A stretch of 64,000 nt of DNA from Eledone cirrhosa (Eukaryota). Of the stretch, positions 57,028-64,000 are shown one piece after another. The position numbers were made by a program, and so were the translations under genes. Under the pieces are notes generated by a model. That model saw nothing but the letters and a program-made list of their open reading frames with translations. It made no database searches and had not been told where the DNA came from. Location of the stretch: the NCBI GenBank assembly GCA_964016885.1, contig OZ024745.1:34038001-34102000 (forward strand), read 5' to 3'. The first letter of the stretch is position 1; each line of letters starts with the position of its first letter.

Positions 57028-57116
57028 TGTGTGTGTGTGTAATAATGATAATAAATATAAAATTAGGGTAACTGACCAAAAGCAATGTCAAAAAAAAAAA
57101 TGTGTTTACATATATA

Positions 57117-57173
<57 letters not shown>

Positions 57174-57643
57174 AGAATAGAAATGGCTGTCTAGTTGCTG
57201 TTTAAGGTAACTTAAAATGCAGTGGGAATACGAAGAAAGCAAGACGGGGGGGGGGGGGGGGGCATCATCAGTTGCCTACTGGGGATCTCGGATATTTCTA
57301 CGCTTTAAAGACAATATACCTCGCCCAGGGCGTCAATAACTGGATAAGTTATTAGGAAAACGGAGGAAGGGGGAAGGAAAGCAAAGGGGAAGAAAAGAGA
57401 AAACAGTAACAAAACATCGAAAAACTAACAAACTGAGCAATGTGCGACCAACTATAGGTAGGAGATCCAAGGCCACTCGATAAGAGAACTTAAGTTCAAG
57501 ACTGAGTGGTCGAGAGGAAAGAGACATACACACACACACACACACATATATGAGGTGGAACAGAAATGAAACATGGGTTGGAGGTTAAAATATAGTCTAG
57601 ATAGATGAGAAAAAAAACGACAATGTAGTTTATGGAACACCCA

Positions 57644-58120
57644 AATGATTTAGAAGTCGACTTTAAGTAGGAGCAATAACATTAAGAAAGACACGAACGA
57701 TACCACAACATTTGGGTTTGAAAATTTTGCAAGTAGGTTTATAAGTATGAAATTTCATAAGATGTTCGTAGTTGTCTCTGTGGCCTACCGGTAGGTCCTA
57801 GAGACAGCGGAGATCCTGTCCTTGGGTTCAATCCTGGACAAGAGGTACATGTAACCGTTTTCATTTTATAACCAACAGAAAAAAAAACTGAAAGGGTTTA
57901 GCGGGAAACCTACTCTCGACCAGGATCGAACTTCAGACCAAGATCACCAGCGTCTATGATTCCTCCAACTAGGCCGCGAGACAGGTATAAGGAAAATTGA
58001 TAATTATAAACCTACTTATAATTATAAACCTACTTTCAAAATCAAAGTTACAAAGATGTGGTGTCGTTCATGGCTTTCCTAGAGCTATTAGTAATATTTA
58101 GGGTCAACTTCTGATCATTA
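57644..58120. mobile_element. Inverted-repeat element containing two convergent tRNA-like units
   Basis: Arms AATGATTTAGAAGTCGACC...AAGTAGGTTTATAA and their reverse complement. 72-nt tRNA-like sequences at 57774-57845(+) and 57911-57982(-). Confidence 0.7.
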
Positions 58121-58250
58121 TTGAAAGTCTCTTGATTTCGCAAAATACATAATATTTTTTATTGGGGAAGTTAAGATGTTTTTCCGCAAAAATTTGATTC
58201 CACCTATGTATTTTTCGAAAATGTTATTTATTCATTATAAAATCTCATGA

Positions 58251-58310
58251 GATTCCTGACTTAAGTTCAGAATTAGCCGTCGAAACGGCTTGAGCTCAGC
58301 CGTCGGGGTC
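58251..58310 (+). ncRNA. Degenerate hammerhead motif
   Basis: GATTC-CTGAC(TTA)...GAAA-CGGCT-TGAGCTC-AGCCG-TC-GGGGTC. Core GA and stem II are damaged. Confidence 0.5.
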
Positions 58311-58387
58311 CTACTCGTTCCTATTACCCTAAGTATTGAGTACTTTGGTGCGTTATGGTCCACCTGGTTCCTTACCACATTCCTTCG

Positions 58388-58420
<33 letters not shown>

Positions 58421-58425
<5 letters not shown>

Positions 58426-58640
58426 TAAAATAACAGTTTAAAGTTTAAGCAAAGAATCGATGCTTTCACCCTTAACGGGATCTTCTGAAGATCCCGTTAA
58501 GGGTGAAAGCAGCGATTCTTTGCTTAAACTTTAATCTGTTATTTTAATAAATATTTGCTCTACGGTTCTTATATATTTGATATATATTTACCCTTATCGA
58601 GCCCTCTTTGGATTTTAGTCTTCAAATTTATTATTATTAC
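58421..58640. mobile_element. Fold-back element: 131-bp palindrome centred in the hammerhead CTGAAGA box, plus tail
   Basis: 58421-58551 is a near-perfect palindrome centred at 58486. CTGAAGA-T-CCC-GTTAA-GGG-T-GAAA-GCA..TGC-TT. Confidence 0.8.
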
Positions 58641-60185
58641 TATATATATATTTATATATATATATAGAGAGAGTGGATAGAGAGAGAGAGATAGAGATAG
58701 AGAGAGAGAGCGAAAAAAGATGGAAGGAGGGGAAGAAAAAGTGAATAATATTATGGAAATATTGCAAAATTAGGCATAAAGCAGATGGTTTCCCAGTCAC
58801 GTCTATCGCCCTTAATGGAACTGGAAGAGCAAGCCTAAACTAAAAGCGTGCAGCGCCGTTTTTTTTTTACTTAAAAAGGCTTAGAACACTTTTCTGGATT
58901 AGGAATGGCAATGATGATAAGGATGATCGTGATGATGGTGTGTTTGTGCTAGTGTTGGCGACGTTAGTGTAGTAGTGTTGGTGATGGTGATGTAGTAGTG
59001 GCACTGATGGCGGTGTCAGTGTTAGTGATGGCGGTCGTGGTGGTTTTAAATATGGAGGTCGTGAGGATAGTGGTGATGGTGTTATTCGTGGTGGGAGAGT
59101 TCAGCGTCGTCATGTTAGTGGTAGTGTTTGTATTGATGGTTGTGGTGATAGTGGGGATGGTTTTAACAAGGCAATAGGGGGGTAGAGTTTATTTATGATG
59201 ACGGTGGTGGTTTTAATAATGGATATAATAATTGTGGCGGTAGTTGTATCAATGGTAGTTGTGATAATGGTCGGTGGGGGTGTAGGTTGAGGTATTTTTA
59301 ATGGTGAGGAAGTTAATTGTGATGATAATGCATATAGTGGTGGTAGTGATGATGGTGATAGAGGTAATGATTGTGGTGGTGAAGATGATGTTAAGAATGT
59401 AAGTTGTAGTGTGATGGTGATGATGGTTGTAATATTAGTGGTAATAGTTGTGGTAATGATGGTGGTAATAGTGCTGATGATGGTGATGGGAGTATTTGTG
59501 GTGGTGGTGATGGTGATAATGGGGTTTCTGGTGGTAATGGTAGCCATAGGTGTGGTGGAGATGGAACATTAGTTATGAGAGTGTTTGTGAATACCTAAAA
59601 CCGTTCAGTACAATGATTACATAAAAGGTTATGAGAGTATTGAGGTGGGGGGGGGGGGGGGTTTGAGAAGTAAAGACATTTTGCATGTAGAATTGAATTA
59701 GGCAGATACATAGGAAGATGGCAAAAGCCTAGGACTGAAGTTACAGAATATATGGGCGCGCGCGCGTGTGTTTATGTGTGTATGTGCGTGTGTGCGTGTG
59801 TGTGTATGCGTATGTGTGTGTGTGTGTGTATGTGCGTGCGTGTGTGTGTGTGTGTATGTGCGTGTGTATGCGTATGTGTGTGTGTGTGTATGTGCGTGCG
59901 TGTGTGTGTGCGTGCGTGTGTGTGTGTATGCGTGTGTGTGTGTGTGTGTATGTGTGTGTGTGTGTGTAAGCATTTCTATGCTGAAGTCAGATATATTGGT
60001 TGTATGACCAAACGAAACAAAGGAGAAGGTATGGCAATAGAACAGAGAAAGAGATAGTGGACGAAAGAGAAGGAAATAGAACGAGAGAGGAGGGATATGA
60101 AAGAGAAATCGAAAGAGTTATTGAGGGATATAGCGCTATTGAGGGACAGAGAGATAGAGAGAGAGAGAGGAAGAGGTAAAGAAAT

Positions 60186-60232
<47 letters not shown>

Positions 60233-60240
60233 GCTGTTGC

Positions 60241-60274
<34 letters not shown>

Positions 60275-60837
60275 CTTCTTCTTCTTCTTCTTCTTCTTCT
60301 TCTTCTTCTTCTTCTTCTTCTTCTTCTTCTTCTTCTTCTTCCTCGCGCTACTAATCACCAGTAAGATTTATAAATTCGATTTCAATCGGAAAAGTAGTCT
60401 ACTTTACTACTTCAGATGTTATAATATCCATTCAACCATGGATAACAATCCCTACGTGTAGTTTAACATATACAAGCAAAAAGAACTACCTGCAACACAC
60501 TACCCCGCGTATCAATAAACAAAATCAGTAAGGAAAATATTAGTGGACAACACATATATACTGCACAGAATTCCCCACATAAATAGAAAATTAGTAGCAG
60601 AAGCAATACTTATTACACATGCCTTTTGAAACATCACCGGAAAAAAAGTCGCAGAAACTGTATAATGAAATATTATCTCCAAATGTATCGAGTAATTTTT
60701 CAGTGAATACAATGATACATTTTGATTTAATAATTTTACCTACGAACGGTAACTACACACACACACATCAGACATCGCACACACATATACACGTACACCC
60801 ACACACACACACACATATATATATATACATATATGTA

Positions 60838-60882
<45 letters not shown>

Positions 60883-60885
<3 letters not shown>

Positions 60886-61038
60886 AAGGCGGGTAAAATT
60901 CCCGAGATCCATGGACGAGTTCTCTCCAGCGGTCTCTGTCCCTCATTATCGCTGCCATGTCCTGCGTCTCCAACAGACCAGTGTCTCAACATACGTTAAC
61001 CTTGGTCTTCCTCTTCTAGTGTGCCCATGTAGGGGCTA
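60883..61038 (-). mobile_element. RTE LINE 3' fragment (same family as 18772), colinear
   Basis: Shares the 3' end and the GRGRPRLTYV segment. (TA)n tail. Confidence 0.85.
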
Positions 61039-61081
61039 TAAAATTGAGGCTTATTTGTGTGTATATATATATATATACACA

Positions 61082-61720
61082 CAAACAAGCCTCAATTTTA
61101 TAGCCATGTCAGTAGATTAACCCTTCATTGTTGCTCTTGTGTTGGCATACGAACAGAACTGCAGACACTAATGTGATCAATGGATCTGCTAGATACGACT
61201 GATCAGCCAGTCTGCTAATATGCAAATCTGGCCAATCAGTCACTGTGTATTTTTGAAAATAACATATATTTTCACTAGCACTGACAGTTTGGTAGGTGAA
61301 CAGTGAGCTGTACTGATGAAGCGTCATACCCAGAAACATTAGTGTCTGCAGTTCTGTTCACATGCCAACATAAGAGCAAGAATGAAGGGTTCATTCTACT
61401 GACATGGCTATAAAATTGAGGCTTGTTTGCATAATTGCAAACGAATCGAATGTTATTATTAATATTAAGGCGGTGGATTGGCAGTATCGGTAGAGGGTCG
61501 GACACCATGCTTTGACGCATAGAGTCACGGCCCTTTCCATTCTGATTCAAATGCCGCCGAGGTTAACTTCGCCTTTCATCCTTACGGGGTCGATAAAATA
61601 AAGTACCAGTAATGTACTAGGTATTCGCTGGCCTTGTGCCAAAAGTAGAGACAATTATTAATATTTGAACAACTCAGATTACATTTATTGTATTCAGCCA
61701 TGTAGAGCGAAATTTTCTTT
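61082..61720 (+). mobile_element. Hammerhead-bearing element with inverted 5' arm and nested SINE A (61469-61657)
   Basis: 61082-61173 is the reverse complement of ~61336-61430. SINE TSD ATTATTAATATT, with the empty site at ~50547-50558. Confidence 0.82.
61308..61351 (+). ncRNA. Minimal type-I hammerhead ribozyme motif
   Basis: CTGTA-CTGATGA-AGCGTCATACCCA-GAAA-CATTAGTG-TC-TGCAG. GUC triplet, stem I CTGTA/TGCAG, one mismatch in stem II. Confidence 0.8.
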
Positions 61721-61846
61721 TTTATATATACATGCATATATATATATATACATATGTATACACGCACACACACACACATACACACACACGCACACACACA
61801 CACATACACACACACGCACACACACACACACATACACACACACACA

Positions 61847-61895
<49 letters not shown>

Positions 61896-61898
61896 ACA

Positions 61899-62345
<447 letters not shown>

Positions 62346-62360
62346 ACACACATACATACA

Positions 62361-62680
62361 TGATGGCTGCAACTCGATTTCGAGTAATGTCATCGCTTAA
62401 TCATTAAGGATGAGCATCACGGACGTGGCTTTTGAGTCGTGCTAGGGACTTGCCTATGACCAGCCATGTCATGCATCACAAAAGAATGTCACATATCAAG
62501 TGATGCCTGTGCTTGAGTGAAAAAAGGCACGGGGCCAATCCCACTCACTGAATATAAAATGCATTCACCCAAAAAGTTGAACTGATCTGCATCATTGGGT
62601 GCAAACCAAGTCGCGGGTTTTATATCAGAGAGACCTTCTCCTAGAGAGATGTCTTAATGGAGACTAGGAGTCTCCGACCC
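62361..62680 (-). mobile_element. Diverged second subfamily of the bipartite RTE-derived element
   Basis: CTAGGAGAAGG..CTCTGATATAA head, GKSLARLKSHVRDAHP* remnant, tail ACTCGAAATCGAGTTGCAGCCA-(ATGT)n. Confidence 0.7.
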
Positions 62681-63164
62681 CACAAAAAAACAAAAACAAA
62701 AAAAAAAAAACAACCCCAGAAAAATATGTACATACATACACACATACATATAATTCATGTTATTGATAGAGAACGTAAAGAGAAAAAAAATGAACAATAT
62801 GTTCCTTCTATTCGAGTCCGAGTATACTTATTACTACTACTAGAAATGTAATTAAGTTAATTAGATAATTGTTTCATATGAAGAATAAAAGAAAAACATA
62901 ATTACGAAAAACAAATAAATAGCTAAATTGTAAATTTACTTCAGTGACCTCGGCTAATATTTAATTGGTTCTATGACACAAATAGTGCCTTGGAGTGATA
63001 TTAAAACAGATGCGGATTGATATTAATATACTGTAATAGATAATGCACTTCTAGCTTATGTATGTATGTATGTATGTATGTATGTATGTATGTATGTATG
63101 TATGTATGTATGTATGTATGTATGTATGTATGTATGTGTGTGTGTATGTGTGTATGTATGTATG

Positions 63165-63485
63165 TTCTTCTGATTTTATAATTTCACAAATTTTTGCCAA
63201 TAGAGAGAGAGAGAGTCGGTTTCTAACAGAGACACAGGACTCTCTCATTGGAATTTACACAACATCAACTAGGTAGATATGTATGTATGTCTGCATGCAT
63301 GCATGTGTAGATATGGATGTTATTATATGTGTTGGTGTGGATGTTTTGAGTTGTATGTGTGCATGTGTATATGCTTTGTATCTGTACATGTGTATATGCA
63401 GTTATTAGATGCAACATTTTTGGAATGTTTTACATATTTTTACTGTTCCATTAATGGATTGTACTTGTAATTTCTTAAATAGTTG
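63165..63485 (-). mobile_element. R4/Dong-type LINE 3'-end fragment in (CATA)n
   Basis: Near-identical to 38436-38548 joined to 40483-40688. Confidence 0.85.
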
Positions 63486-63570
63486 TGTATGTATGTATGT
63501 ATGTGTGTATGTGTGTACATATAAACATTATGTATATATCACGTATATATATATATGTATATATATATAT

Positions 63571-63983
63571 GGTGGCTGCCAACTCGTTTTCAAGTATGGC
63601 CACTACTTTATATCCATGTAGGAGAACTCCTACCGATGCGCTGAGCGAGTGTGACTTTTCAGTCCAGCCAGCGACTTGAAAACTCTGGTACAAACACTAC
63701 ACTTCTGACAATTATTGACACATAGTGCTTGGCCCATGGTACCAAGTGACGACACGTGCAGAGAGATCTCCAGATATAAAGCAATGCCTGTGCCGTGAAA
63801 ATGTTATAGTGAGCAAAGGCACTGCACAAAGCCAGTCCCACTCTCTTAACCAAGATGATATTTACCAAAAAGAAGAACAAGTCAACATCATTGGATACCA
63901 TCAGGGTTGCAGGTGTTATATCAGAGTTTTCCTTCTCCTAGAATTCTGCCTTGACAAAGGCTAAGGGGTCATCTCTCCCCGAT
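63571..63983 (-). mobile_element. Bipartite RTE-derived element, longest copy
   Basis: Reverse complement of the 11492 copy, plus ~25 extra 5' nt. Confidence 0.85.
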
Positions 63984-64000
63984 ATGTATATATATATATA

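Overview
AT-rich animal DNA saturated with microsatellites and transposons. I find no convincing host protein-coding exon, so it is probably intronic or intergenic. The SINE set and the huge (TA)n/(TATG)n/(AGT)n arrays suggest an octopus or other cephalopod genome (inference). Most ORFs in the track are simple-repeat artefacts. Real content: (1) a young, 5'-truncated Penelope-like element (RT + GIY-YIG) with ~510-bp inverted arms; (2) about six families of short elements carrying minimal type-I hammerhead ribozyme motifs, mostly in (TA)n arrays and often folded back into palindromes at or near the ribozyme; (3) a decayed L1/Tx1-type LINE; (4) R4/Dong-type RLE LINE remnants in (CATA)n; (5) RTE 3' fragments and a bipartite RTE-derived short element, several with 5' inversions; (6) a Chapaev3-type DNA transposon with TIRs and a TTA TSD; (7) mariner-like and hAT-like MITEs; (8) many tRNA-derived SINEs; (9) an inverted-repeat element holding two convergent tRNA-like units. 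All calls were made by eye, and boundaries are approximate unless stated.
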